Shown here: piece after piece, positions 1 to 13,189 of the stretch
Layout: every line of letters starts with the position of its first letter
How positions within the stretch are numbered: position 1 is the first letter of the stretch
Assembly (NCBI RefSeq): GCF_006345805.1
Contig: NC_043011.1
Location: forward strand, 51,162,464 to 51,226,463
Length of the DNA: 64,000 bases
Source: Octopus sinensis
Lineage: Eukaryota
Direction: 5' to 3'
The notes under the pieces: model-generated
The model's database searches: none
What the model was told of the DNA's origin: nothing
The model's input: the letters and a program-made list of their open reading frames with translations, nothing else
Program-made: the position numbers and the translations under genes

Positions 1-146
1 CTTTTTTGTTTTTTGTGTTCTTTTTTCCCTTTTACGATCCTTTTGATCGAAAACCTACGCCACCTTTTTTTTTCTCCCCAAAAAGAAAAGCTCTACCTTG
101 TAACTTGTCCCATCTGTGTGCAGCCCTGTGTGGCCAATAAAGAAAC

Positions 147-149
<3 letters not shown>

Positions 150-212
<63 letters not shown>

Positions 213-240
213 CTCCATCTATTTATCCATCTATCAATCA

Positions 241-302
<62 letters not shown>

Positions 303-340
303 TTATCCATCTATCTATCTATCTATCAATCAATCAATCA

Positions 341-403
<63 letters not shown>

Positions 404-404
404 C

Positions 405-460
<56 letters not shown>

Positions 461-640
461 ATCTTTCTAGCTATCTATCTCACCGCTCTCTCCTCCACTC
501 TCCGTCCCCCTCTCTTCCTCTCCCACTTCTGTATATATTACATATGCATACATGCATACAAACATGCTTACATACGTACATACATACATACATACATACA
601 TACATACATACATACATACATACATACATAATATATATAT
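150..640. repeat. (TATC)n then (TACA)n microsatellites
   Basis: Tetranucleotide repeats visible directly; they explain the 13..687 and 116..631 pseudo-ORFs. Confidence 0.95.
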
Positions 641-1650
641 TTAAAATATGTCAATGGGTTATTGAATTATCCTTTGTTTACCGTTAACATGGAAAATTCA
701 ATAGACGGTTACCAGGGTAGCAAAATTCACGCAAGTAACAAGGATGTAGCGCGACCTATTTAAAGGTAGAAACTCCGGGTTAATGTGCAGTAATTTGTGT
801 AGTATAAGTAAATAAATGGAGTTGAACGCAGATGCTATTCAAATTCTTTTACTTTCGACATGTGTTTTGAAGACAACAAAGGTTTTATTCCAAAGGAATA
901 AACGGTGTAAAATGCAATCTTCTCATCAAGAAAGAAAGTGAACCTATCTCAACAACAAGACATTATAACAATTTTGATGACTGCATAAATGATAAACAGA
1001 ACGCTATTAAGTATTTTAAAAGAAAACGTTAGTAGATTCGACGTCAAAGGCAGACATTAGGAAGAGAACGGGTAAAGAAATAATAAGTAGAGAACAAATA
1101 AAGAGGGATATATTGGTTGAAAAAAATGTTCAAAGGCTTGGAAGTAGATTTCTCTATTGAAGTAAAGTGCAAGTTGAACTAAATGTTCAAACTATAAAGA
1201 CTGGTAAAATCACTTATATGAGCTAAAGGTATGTTTCTGCCAGTGCTTACATTTGTAAGATCGCTCTATAAGTGTGTTAACAAGGTAATTCTTAGAGAAG
1301 AGAATATGGAAGAGTTCAGAGTTGCAAATGTTACAGATTCCTTTGCCCTTAATTATAAGGGAAAGCTATGGACAGGATGAACCAATCTAACTTAAAATCC
1401 TTATTGTTGTCTTTAAGATACTAAACCAATTTACTTGGCCCTGTGCTATGACGTTTACTGCTATCCCTAAATGAAGAATAATGATTGGATATTCTCTTAA
1501 ATAACTGGGAAGAGGATGCGCCAATGTAGAAGTAGACATTGGCACTGTAAGAAATTTTACATTGGTATATAGAATTCTTGATCTTAGAATTATTAAATAT
1601 AAATTTAATTCTGTTGAGGTTGTCCTCAGAGACCAAAACTATGTTTTTAT
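640..1650 (-). mobile_element. Penelope-like element, 3' part (GIY-YIG endonuclease remnant and terminal repeat)
   Basis: ORF 1421..1636 (IYQCKI...YFYIGASSSQLFKRISNHYSSFR) resembles a PLE GIY-YIG domain. The segment around 655-830 recurs at 25987-26070 and 26712-26890. Confidence 0.7.
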
Positions 1651-1651
1651 T

Positions 1652-1653
1652 GC

Positions 1654-1724
<71 letters not shown>

Positions 1725-1727
1725 GTA

Positions 1728-1790
<63 letters not shown>
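1652..1790. repeat. (ATT)n microsatellite
   Basis: Direct; flanks the 3' end of the R4/Dong insertion. Confidence 0.95.
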
Positions 1791-1791
<1 letters not shown>

Positions 1792-3290
1792 CTTTTTTTT
1801 TCTTCTTTCAAATTTGCTTCCATTTCTTGCCTAGTGTCTTCCCGACTCCTAGGGCAAATAAACTCATAGTATACATTGGTAGGCCATTAAACTAAACTCA
1901 CTAGTTCGTTCATTTTTTTTTTAAAGTTAAATTAAAATACATGGGTAGTAATAGTTCTCACATCGACAATGCTCTTCTCAATACGTGTGATGTACCAGTT
2001 AAGACAATCTTTTGCACTTCTTGCAGGGATGGTAAGTCAGGGATCATTCTCATATAATTTTCGGTTCCCTTCTTGATCATTCCTAGTGCTCCTACGATCA
2101 CTGGTATTGTAACCGCCTTGAGATGCCACATTTTCTCAATTTCAATGAGCAGGTCTTTATATTTTCTGAGCTTGTCAAATTCTTTCGCCGAGATATTATG
2201 ATCACAGGGGATGCTCATGTCGATCAATAAGCAAACTTTATTGTTTTGGTCTTTCACAACAATATCCGGTTTATTGGCTTTGATGGTTCGGTCTGTATGT
2301 ACTGGAAAGACCCACAGAATCGTTACATTTTCTCCTTCAGTTACAGCTTCAGGGTGGTGATTATACCACTTATCGGCAGTTTTGATATTGTAATGCCGAC
2401 TTATTAGCCAGTGTAGATATTGGCCAACTCTGTCATGTCTTAATTTATACTCCACTGGTGCTAAGACTTTACATCCAGAGATTAGGTGGTCCACTGTTTC
2501 AATCATGTCGTTGCAGAATCGGCATTTTGGGTCTGCTCCATTTTTCATCACATTGGCCTGGTAGTTTCGGGTTAATAGGCTTTGATCTTGAGCAGCCAGG
2601 ATGAAACCTTCGCTCTCTGCTTTTAGCCCTGAGCTCCGTAGCCACTGATGGGTTTGCTTCTGGTCAACATCAGCTTGTTTGCTACGGGCCACATATTTGC
2701 CGCGCAGAGGTTTCTCCTCCCACCTATTAGCCAATTACTTGTGCGCTTTTTTCGTTGCCATTATTTTCACCTTCTTTGCAACAATAGTTGCCGTACTTCC
2801 CTCGGGTTGTTCAGCTTGGGTATCCTGCACGAGATCAATAGCAAATTTTTTGCTTTCCTTTATGATAGAATGAAGCTTCTTTCGTCTCTCGTAAATTTCC
2901 ACGAGCTTTAGCATCCAGTCATTCGTTATTTCAAGATATTTGGCCAGTCCAATTGTGGTTGTTTAGTAAGCTAGTTCAAATTGGATCAGGCCTCGACCTC
3001 CTTGGGCTCTGGGGAGGTAAAGGCGATCTACGTCTGTCTTTGGGTGGTGCATCTTATTACAACTCAGCAGCTTGCGTATTTTCCTATCTATTTTCTTTAC
3101 TTCACTCATATTCCAATTCAACACATTGTAACTATATGTAACAACTGGAATTGCTAAGGAATTTATAGCTAACACCTTGTTACGTACATTTAGTTCAGAT
3201 TTCAGGACTGCTCGAACTCTCCTATAAAATTCCTTCCTGATCTTCTCTTTCATGCTTGCATGCTGAATACCAGAGCCTAAATATTTGTAG
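1791..3290 (-). mobile_element. R4/Dong-clade non-LTR retrotransposon, 5'-truncated (end of RT, CCHC finger, restriction-like endonuclease)
   Basis: ORFs 2963..3385 (YKYLG...HHPKTDVDRLYLPRAQGGRGL) and 1958..2734 (CRFC..ETVDHLISGC, RHD, KPDIVV..D, KLRKYKDL, PVIVGALG); (ATT)n on both sides. Confidence 0.9.
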
Positions 3291-3294
3291 GTTG

Positions 3295-3363
<69 letters not shown>
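3291..3363. repeat. (ATT)n microsatellite
   Basis: Direct; flanks the 5' junction of the R4/Dong insertion. Confidence 0.95.
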
Positions 3364-3364
<1 letters not shown>

Positions 3365-4471
3365 GTGAGGGGCTGGAATTAACAAAATTAATGTTGGAAC
3401 TCCCAGAAAATGAACTTTTATTTAGCAGACTAGTATTATGAGAAGATATAATTTGTGAAAGATTCTTTGTGTTGGAGAAGGCAACTCTAACTATATGAGA
3501 ATTAACAATTAAATAATATCTAGAATTTTTTGGAAAGATCTTACCAACCACTTCACGGAACTGCAAAGGAAAATTAGATTTAATTTGTTTTCCGTACGGA
3601 ATAACAAACCAGACAGTTTTCCTAGTAATAGTCAAATTGTGAATGGTACTATCTTTAATGAACGGTGAAATACCCCCAGAGTGAAAAAATGGGCTTAAAT
3701 AACGCTCGCCTCCCTTACCCCGTAAAGGAATTTTATGTTTTGTGTTGTTTACAATATTAGAATTAAAATCACTCTTCTTATTACAACTAGATTTCTAGTC
3801 TTGAACAGTAGATGAAGGATGAGATTGAGCAGAATCAATGTGTGTAACTTTTTCTTTATACCCTGCCTTAACTAAGGCAGAGTTATAAAATTCTGCCTTG
3901 TCGTTAAAAATGTCAACATTGGCGGATAGTTTAGACAATCTAACTGAAATGTTTTTAACTAAATTCTTAGTAATTGCCCTAGCGTGATTACTGGAAGGAC
4001 TAATATACTTGAGATTGGTGGAAGGTTTGTGGTATGGGAAGTATGAGTTATTTTGCAAATTAAGAGTAATATCTAAGAAGTTAGCTTTAGTTAATTCATC
4101 GTCAAAAACGATGTGAAAGCCCGTTCTATGAAAGACCTAACTAATCTATTCTTAATCTTCTGTATTTTTTGATTTGAAATGTTTTGGAAGTAAATCAAAC
4201 AATCATCACGATATAGACCTCCACAGATGTCTGGGAACTGGTGGGCCATGTCATAAAGTATATATGTACCGACTAAATCAGCAATTTGTGCTGAATCTGA
4301 ACTTCCCATTGGGAGTATCCCTCCGGACCCACAACTTGTTATCGAACTTAATGATTGATTTTCTAACAGCCAGTACCACATTAATTTCCTCTCACAATAA
4401 AGAGAGACCTGGTGTATTGTGTAAAAAGAATTTGAATAGCATCTGCGTTCAACTCCATTTATTTACTTATA
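3364..4471 (-). mobile_element. Penelope-like element, RT/linker part
   Basis: ORF 4091..4381 has LPMGSSDSAQIADL...GGLYRDD (PLE RT motifs). ORFs 3795..4058 (YHKPSTNLKYISPSSNH) and 3222..3635 (VWFVIPY...IISSHN) match the PLE post-RT region. Confidence 0.8.
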
Positions 4472-5599
4472 TATATATGTATATATATATAAGTATGTAT
4501 ATATAATTCCTCAACATGCTACTAGTGTCTCTTATCTAAGTACAGCATTCTTACGTTTCAGAGGCAGGATTTAATGCCTCTTTCCTATCAAGTTTTAGCA
4601 TAAAATCTCCATGAAACCATATTCTGCTGTGTTTAAAATCAGAACCTCCCAATGAAACCAGTCTTTACTATCATCCAGAATGTTTCCCATTCATATTAGT
4701 GTAACCGTGAAATGACCAAGAAGATAGCATTAAGCTATGTACTCGTGTGTCACAGATTCGCGGCTGCAATTTGCGATTCGTTTTTTTCTCTCTGGACAGG
4801 GCACTGGTTTCTACACTGTATGAATTTCACCTTTACCCACCTGTACAACGTAGTTCCTAAATAATAAGGCAATGTTACCTGTGATAAACAGGTGGAGTAT
4901 TTATCTTACAACCGCTTTCGGTAGCGAATTGGCACAGACGTTAGCGCTATCACGTGGTTGTTCGGTGTAGGCCCTCCTTCGTCGAGTCATCATTATGCGA
5001 GGTGGAGTTAGCGTAAGAAGGGCTGATGTAGTAGATTCATAAATTAAATGTGAGATCAGGATGGTTGCATATATTTGACTAGGGAAACAGAGCACGAATC
5101 TCAAGAACATTCGAAATGCTGTTCATGGCATACCTTCAAGTTGACTGGTCGATTTTTAGGTTGTTCGCGTGAAACTTTTTTGATAATTTCACAGTTGGGG
5201 TTTAAATCCCTAAAGTACATTGGACGAAATATCCTGCAGTATTTGTTCCACCTCTCTTCACTCTGAGTTCAACTGCCGAAGTCAACTGTACCTTTTATTC
5301 TTTCGGGGTCAATAAAATAAAACATTAGTTTAAGGAATGAATTGATAGAATCATTAATGATATCCATTACGGCTTCTATTCCGGTATTTTGCGTCCCGAG
5401 TTATTGATTGGCTGTATTAATTCCTCGCTTGGTTTAACACCACCATCTGGCCCTTAGGTTTTTTTTTAGTAGAGTTCTCTATGCTACACGCATTCGGGTT
5501 AAGTGGAGACCCAAATAGTCTCGAAAGTCACCCAAAAAATAGAGTCTAGAATACCTGACAAAATGCCAAAACGCTTGGTGGTGTAAGGACCGTGCGAAG

Positions 5600-8500
5600 C
5601 GAGGTGATGAGAATGGCTCCTTAGTACATCACAGTCCTTGCAATAAATATATAATTTGAATAGTACATGTAAGTGCCAGAGGGGAAAGGAGGCACAACCG
5701 CGTAGAATGATTAAGAGAAGATTTATTGAAATGTTAATATCTGTGTCTGTGTGTGAGTCATGTATACAGAATAATAGATATGCCGTGGTGGCGAGGCACA
5801 AAGAAGCCAGCGCCATTTTGAAACAGCGAGATCTCAGAAACCACATCTACACCAAACACAGACAAATATACAACTTCACCCCCAACTACCTCAAAAAAGC
5901 AAAACACACAGAGGAACAGTATTATCAAACTGACACACAAACACATCAGTAAAACATACCCACTCCAAACTCTGTGCTGACAATGAGCGCTAATAAAAAA
6001 AAAGCCCCAAACTAATGTCCTTCGTCGAAAAAAGGAAAACATTGAAACAGAGTGAAAGGTCTTCAGGACCAGCACTTTCAAGGTGCCAAAAATGTTACAG
6101 TATTATGGTTACGGTTGAATTTGGAGACAAAATATTGAGGGAGAATTTTCCTAATCATGTGAGAAGTCTAAGCTCAAGGGCCAGCAGTAAGCTCCAAAAA
6201 GACTTTCCAAAGGAAACTCAAAGTCCCTATTGTGACTGTGTCACTCGGTCTTCGAGACCACCAAGTAGGTAAATAGCTCGTTTGTTTTACTCCTCTTTCT
6301 CTTTCTACCAATATAACAACTTTGAGAGAGGGGTATATAATGTGGTCACAGTGGAAGTAGGGTCGCCTGCTTAATGACCTTAGGTTGCTAGATTTTGGTG
6401 TGACAGCTATCGACGAAACCTGGATTTCCGACACACGTACCTTAGCACCTATCTTTGGCGATTTTGAGATCTTCGCATGTCTTACTCTGTAAGAACTAGT
6501 GGTGGAGTGGCGGTAGTTTTGGAAAGGCCTGGGTCTCATGATTTAGTCGATCTTCTTTGATCCAAATGGTAAGTTGGTGATCCTACGCATCAACAGAAGC
6601 GAACGTCATGATTTAGACTAGTCCTTGTGTATGTCTCGACTGGGACAGGGACACCTACATTTCATTAGGCGTCTGGAGATTTTCTGGAAACATCCCGCTT
6701 TTTAGTGCTAGTAGGCGATTAGAACACCGTTTTGGATGCATGACTAGATTGTATGAGGCTAGCTGATAGGAGAGGGAGGTGTAAAAGTTTCGCAAACTGT
6801 TCAGTCGTTTCCAGCTGACTGACAGGTACCGACTGGGTTTTCCGAATGTGCCAATGTGGACATGGGGAAACAGCCCCAGATCATCCAGAAGATTTTTAGG
6901 TAGAAGCCAATAGATAGGGGTAGCATAGGTTACTTTCTCTTTACTCTTTACCCTTTTACTCTTTTACTTGTTTCAGTCATTTGACTGCGGCTATGCTGGA
7001 GCACCGCCTTTAGTCGAGCAAATCGACTCCGGGACTTATTCTTTGTAAGCCCAGTACTTATTCTATCGGTCTCTTTTGCCGAACCGCTAAGTAACGGAGA
7101 CGTAAACACACCAGCATCGGTTGTCAAGCAATGCTAGGGGGACAAACACAGACACACAAACATACACATACATATACATATATATACATATATACGACAG
7201 GCTTCTTTCAGTTTCCGTCTACCAAATCCACTCACAAGGCTTTGGTCGGCCCGAGGCTATAGTAGAAGACACTTACCAAGGTGCCACGCAGTGGGACTGA
7301 ACCGGAACCATGCGGTTGGTAAACAGCTACTTACCACACAGCCACTCCTGCGCCATGTTCACATTTCAAAGTTGTTGGCTACAAAGATAGCAAATGTGTG
7401 ATCTGTACGGTTGATAGTGAGGCTGCATAGACAGAGGCCCTGGAAACAAAATTTGTTTTTTTCCCAACGCGCCAAGTTTACGGAGACCGGGTAGGAGAAT
7501 TATTTATGAGGAAGTTGACAGGGACAATCGTCAACAGCCGATGGTGTCTAGTCCTGAAAATGGCTAGTAGATTTGAATCGATTAGGTTTGTTAGAAAATA
7601 GAGAATGAGATTTCCAGAGTAGAGGGAGAGCTAATTAGTAATCTAGAAGAGGTACTTAGTAAAGGCATTGCGACCGAAGCCTGCCGGCGAGATTGGCTCT
7701 TGAATGATTCTTCAACGTTAAGCACAAAGGTTGCCTTGTTGGAGCTAGGGTGCGTGCCCTAAGACATGAGGAAACAAAAGCTGTTCGATGGGCTTTGGCA
7801 GTAGAGGTACAACGAAGCAACAAATCACAATTCGGTCTTTGACAGATCGGCAGGGGTACGTGCTGCTCGATTTTAAGCAGATATGTGGGCTTTTCAGAGG
7901 CACTTTGCTCAACTATTTGTTGGTGGACCGAAGCCCCGGGTGGATTTTATTGCCCACCTCGACGGCCGGCAGCAGTTCTCGTCTAGGGACGCGGAATCCT
8001 GTAAAGGGTTGATAACAGCTAACGAAATACAGGAAGCGATGAGTGGCTGCACGAGAGCGAAGTCGCCGGGAGTGGTTTTTCTGCCCTACGAACTTATCTT
8101 CATATGCCAGACTTGTGCGGGAGCACCTTGGCATATGTCTAGTGCAACTGGCAACAGAATGCTAGTCTTGTGAAAAGAGGTGTGGTGGTGGCGGTGCTGA
8201 GTAAGGACCAAAACAAGGGGATAATTTTTAACAAGTCTACATCTGTAACTCTGTTAAATGTAGAGTTTAAAATTTTGGAACAGTGCTAACTGAGAGGTTA
8301 ACGCTTATCTATACTCTGTACTATACTATGCAGATCAATCCACAACCTCAACCTCATGTGATACTTTATAGAAATAGTAGGTAAAGAACCTAGCATGGAT
8401 GGAATCATGATCAGTTTAGTTAAGTTGAAAGATTTCGATAGGGTCAACTATCTTTACTTAGCAGCTGTTCTGGAGGAGGCTGGTTTTGTGTCCGTCTTCT

Positions 8501-9070
8501 ATTGTTGGATCGCTGCAACATACGACAACATTTGTTTGGTGATCAGAGTAAAGGCCACCAGTCGGAACCTTCAGTATTATGCGTTCGGTGTGTCAAGGTG
8601 ACCCTTAATCCTCTTCTGTACGTACTAACTCTAGAGCCGTTGCTGTAGTAGATGGTGGTTTTTGAGGGGCATCCTGCGAGAGGTAGAATGCAGAAGATCC
8701 ATGTTCGCATATGCGGAAGATATCACTGTAACAGTGTCGGACAACAAATACATCAAGGTGATTGACATTACTCTAGGGCAATACGAGGTGTGAGAAGAGT
8801 AACAATTATTCAGAAGTCGTTGGGCCTGCCGCTCGGTACAAGGAGAGCCAGGTCCTTACTATCCAACAGCGTTGTGAGGTATTGGACAGACGAACGGTTA
8901 CATTGCTCAAGATACGGTTTGGTCCAGACCTCCATGTGGACAAAATGTGGAGAGAAGTGACGAGTAAGGTTGCTAATTTCACCCAGAAATGAGACGAATA
9001 AAAACTATCCCTGAAGGATCGAGTGGAGGTAGTAAATACCTACACCGAATCTATCATCTTCTGCTGCCCA
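5600..9070 (+). mobile_element. Heavily decayed Tx1/L1-clade LINE (APE endonuclease and RT remnants)
   Basis: Remnant motifs: TAIDETW (~6400), GGVAVV (~6500), LVLVGD*N (~6700), AKSPG..LPYEL (~8060), DFDRVNYLYLAAVLEEAGF (ORF 8395..8601), FAYAEDIT (~8705). Many stops and frameshifts. Confidence 0.75.
6945..7334 (-). mobile_element. tRNA-derived SINE inserted in the Tx1 element
   Basis: Reverse complement starts GGCGCAGGAGTGGCTGTGTGGTAAG...GGTTCAGTCCC (A/B-box-like head) and has an internal CA/TA repeat; same family as 14500-14910. Confidence 0.8.
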
Positions 9071-9089
9071 TCGGAACCGTTCAATAGCT

Positions 9090-10590
9090 TGTGTTGTGTC
9101 CGTCAAGGATGCTCCTTTTCTTCCCTTCTTTGAGTTACTACTGCAAAAGGTGGAATTTTTTATCTTACCTTGTTTCATAGGTGACTGGAATGGAGCGCTT
9201 TTTGTGGAGGGGACGTGTTTTGCCGCTCAGACGGTCCATTTGCTGTCAACATCCACTGCATGGACTGAGCGTGCTGTGGATAATGATGTCCAGACATGTG
9301 CTGAGGCTACGATATCTCCAGAATTTCGTTGATGGTGAGCAGGTGTTGTAGTCGTTTGTTAGACGCGACTTCCGCAGCTTGCCTCCTTGATAAGACTGTT
9401 GTTCTGGATCAAACGCAGTCCGAGGCAGAGTACGTGGCACTTTTTTGTGTCTTTCCTGTTCCAGAGTGTGAGCGAGTGTTGCAACACCATGTCATGGCGT
9501 AATTTGTATCTTCTTGGGTAAGTGCTCTTTTGTACCCCGCCAGGATATATGCCAGGGTGTCTCGTTCTCTACAAATCCTACACAGTTGGTTAACTTTCAT
9601 AGCCCATCTGTGCAGGTTTACTGGCGCTGGAAGTGCATCATACACCGCCCGCGGCAAGAAGGAGATGTGGAAAGGCTCTAGTCTCTACGGGTCTGTCCAC
9701 GTGATCTTCCTTTTAAGGAGTTTCCTTTGAATCCAGGCTTTCTGGTGGAGTACATCTGCCTGGAACATAGTCCTCCTTTCCTTGGTATCTGCCTTCTTCC
9801 ATTGTTGGAAACGGGAAAACTCGAAATCCTGTCGTTCTGTGCATGTAATTCCAACGGCGTTGCATACCTTCTGCATGTTTTCAGCCTGTGCGACGGAAGT
9901 GATGACTAATCACTTGCACCCTGAACTCGAGTGCTTGGAAGCAGTTCGTGTTGGTAGAACAATGCCCTGAATTTTCCTGGAAGTCCCGGTCTTTCAATCT
10001 TTCTCAGTCACTCCTCTGTCTACTTTTCAGAATTATTGACTTTGCTTGTCATAGAATGAATTGTTAAACCGATTCCCAAGGCATTTGATCACATTTTCTT
10101 CAATTGACGGAATAGCCTCTCCTTGTACTTGCAGCTTGATCTCGTTCGTTCATTTACCATTTCATATCGCCTTACTTCTAGATTTCTGAGGCTAAGACTT
10201 CATTCTAGCCCAGGTTACTATGTGTTGAAGTGAGCGAGTATTGCAACACCTTATCATGGCGTAATTTATATCTCCTTTGGGTAAGTGCTCTTTTGTACCT
10301 TGCCAGGATATATGCCAGGGTGTCCCGTTCTCTACAAAGCCTACACAGTTGATTCACTTTCATACCCCATCTGTGCAGGTTTGTTGGCGTTGGAAATGCA
10401 TCATGCACCGCCTCCATATGGGCTGTGATCATCACTGTAAGATCGTCCGTCCGTCAAAATCCTTAGTGGATGTGGTTGACTGCCTGACTCCATTGTTGAT
10501 CTTTGGACTTCTTTATCTGCAGCTGTTTTTAGGAGGTTCATTCTGCAATAAAAAGAACGGGGAGAAATTGTGAAGCCAGTTACAATTCCC
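9090..10590 (-). mobile_element. Decayed RLE-type LINE (HERO/NeSL-like) 3' region, CCHC/RHD segment present twice
   Basis: ORFs 9409..9657 and 10205..10435 both encode AV[YH]DA[LF]P.P.NLHRW.MK.NQLCR.C.ERDTLAYILA; the second continues RYKLRHDKVL. Confidence 0.65.
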
Positions 10591-11524
10591 GGATCTAGTC
10601 TTCCTCATCTGCAAAATGAACAGGTCAGACGCCAAACTCTAAATTTCATAGGGTACAACCTTAAAGTCGACACCATTCCGCTAAATGCAGAAAATTTGTC
10701 TCGCTATTGGCTAAAAATACAATTTTTTTCGATTTTTAAACCTCTGTAACATTTTTCTCCATTTTTTTCCCCCACAACATCCTACATTCAAAGCAATGAG
10801 ACTAGAAGGCTACCAATTTTCAGATTTTTCATTGTCTTTTAAAAAATGTATATTTTGCAAATGAAAAAAGCTAGATCCCAATTCTCTTCTCCAAGTCTTG
10901 CCACCAAGTCGTAAAGTGGGCCATTTTGAAGCACAACTAGATTCCTCCAAAGTAGCTGGTGATTGTTCCTTTGATGTGCAGATGGATATGGTAGTGACCT
11001 AGGGCTGCATATATGAAGGCATGAGAAACTGATTCATACACATTTTCCCAATCTACCCAGACCACTGTCAAGTCACCTTTACTGTTTTTAGTCTCCCGGA
11101 TCATTTGACTGAAGGCTCCAGTGTCTTTTTCAGTTTTCTGGCTAGAGATATTTACATAAGAAAAATTATTATTTTATTTATTTCATAAAAAATATTGTTT
11201 AATTCTATTTGCTTATTTATTTAACTATTATCATTAACCTGAAGATTGACTATAATTTTAGTTCGAATTTATTTCAATTGAATTTAAACTTAATTGTAAT
11301 TTGAATTTAATTATAGCCATGAGACATACATAGTGTTTTTACTTATTATATTATATTTATCATTCTTTTTATACTTTTTGGTTAAAAAAATTTTAAATCT
11401 TATACATTATATATATTAGATATTATATTAATTATATTTATATTATTTGTTATTTATGTATTGGTTTATGTCTATCACTGCTTGAGTTGCCTAATAGTGG
11501 TTTTGTCTCTAATTATTATATATA

Positions 11525-11556
<32 letters not shown>

Positions 11557-11668
11557 GATAGCATTAACAATATTGTGAATTCTTTATTACTTACAATATC
11601 ATCATCTGCTTAAGTAATATTGTTTTCTTTTCCTTTCTTCTCTTTTTTTCTAATGTCAACCATAACAG

Positions 11669-11855
11669 CAGCTTATCGGCGCATTTGCTACTTCACCAAC
11701 TGGGCCCAATACAGACCTGGACAAGGCAGTTTCAAACCAAGTAATATTGACCCATCATTCTGCTCCCACATCCACTATGCTTTTGCAAAATTGACTGGTA
11801 ATTCATTGGCTCCAACGGAGACCAGTGATCTTTCTATAAATGGTGGAGAAGGAAT
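11669..11855 (+). CDS. GH18 chitinase, first identified coding exon (YRRICYFTNWAQYRP...GGEGM)
   Basis: Classic GH18 N-terminus CYFTNWAQYR and IDPSFCSHIHYAFA. Pyrimidine tract plus acag acceptor (tandem cag at 11669-71); donor AT|GTGAGT at 11856; phase 1 in, phase 2 out. Confidence 0.95.
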
Positions 11856-12096
11856 GTGAGTATGATTGTGTATTTTTTTTTCTTTTTAAACAATATGAAA
11901 GTAAGCCTCCTATTGTAAGTCTCCTTGGAACTGTCTAGTAACCATGGCTTGTATTCAGTTTGAACTTTTTACTCTTTATTTCAAAAATCCTCTTATCAAC
12001 AGTGTGATGTGTGATATGTAAAATATAAATTTGAAGTTAACAATCAATTAGTAATTTCAATTAGTAATTTTGGTGAAAAGTTGGGCATAAGAAGCA

Positions 12097-12925
12097 TCAA
12101 ATGTGGTGTGCAAGAGAGACGACTGCACTGGTATGGTCATATGCTACGTATGGATGAGGACAGCTGTGTGAGGAAGTCTCACTCCCTAACTGTGGAAGGA
12201 ACCCGTTGAAGAGACAGACCCGGTAAGACATAGGATGAGGTGGTGAAGCATGACCTTCAAACATTGAGCCTGACAGAGGCAATGAAAGGAGACCAAAATC
12301 TTTGGAGGTATGCTGTGATTGAGAAGACCCGGCAACTAAAGTGAGATTGTAGCTACACATGTGCAGCCCAGTTAAAAGTATCCCTGATGCATTGTGTGAT
12401 ATGATATGCTTGAGAAGACCTGTTGAGTCAAGCAAAACCAATATCATAGCTGTGGCCAATACTCCCTGACTGGCTCCCATACTGGTGGCACATAAAAAGT
12501 ACCATCGAATGCGGTCAGTGCCAGGTCTGCCTGACTTGCTACTATGCTGGTGGCACATCAAAAGCACCATCTGAACGTGGCCAATGCCAGTACCCCCTGA
12601 CTGGCTCTCATGCTGGTGGCATGTAGAAAAGCACCAACCGAACATGGCCAATGCCAGTACTCCCTGGCTGGCTCCTGGGCTGGTGGCATGTAAAAAGCAT
12701 TATCTGAACATAATCAATACCAGGCCTGCCTGACTAGGTTTTCTGCTGGTGGCACATAAAAAGCACCCTCTACACTCTCGGAGTGGTTGGCGTTAGGAAG
12801 GTCATCCAGCTGTTGAAACATTGCCAGATCAGATTGGAGCCTGGTGCAGCTGCTGGCTCTCCAGACCTTAGTCAAACTGTCCAGCCTATGCCAGCATGGA
12901 AAACGGATGCTAAATGATGATGATG
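12097..12925 (+). mobile_element. RTE-clade LINE 3' fragment with tandem-repeat 3' UTR and (TGA)n tail
   Basis: Translates RRLHWYGHMLRMDEDSCVRK...DEVVKHDLQTL; homologous to 40875-41690. Confidence 0.8.
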
Positions 12926-13189
12926 AATTACAGAGTATATGAGTAGAAAAATTATAGTCATAGGACACTTTATTCACTTACACATATTTCAAATGATCAG
13001 GCATTGCTCCTTCTGATTATCATTTTTCTGCAGTCTTCAAAATCATTTGGACAGAAAAAATATGAATTCTATATATTTTAATACCATTTATATTAAATGA
13101 TATTTATCTCTCAATGACTGGAACACTGTTTTCGTTCATCTTACCTTAATGGAACAGTAAACTATACAATATATATATATACACACACA

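Noticed and set aside
13-687. Long low-complexity ORFs (YLSI, IYIY, HTHT, poly-I/L/N/T/Y) here and across the window
   Set aside because: They are translations of microsatellites with no coding signal.
4530-4620. Hammerhead candidate next to the PLE (minus strand GAGGCA/TGCCTC stem then TGAAAC)
   Set aside because: No CUGANGA core in the correct position (reads CTTGATAGGAAA).
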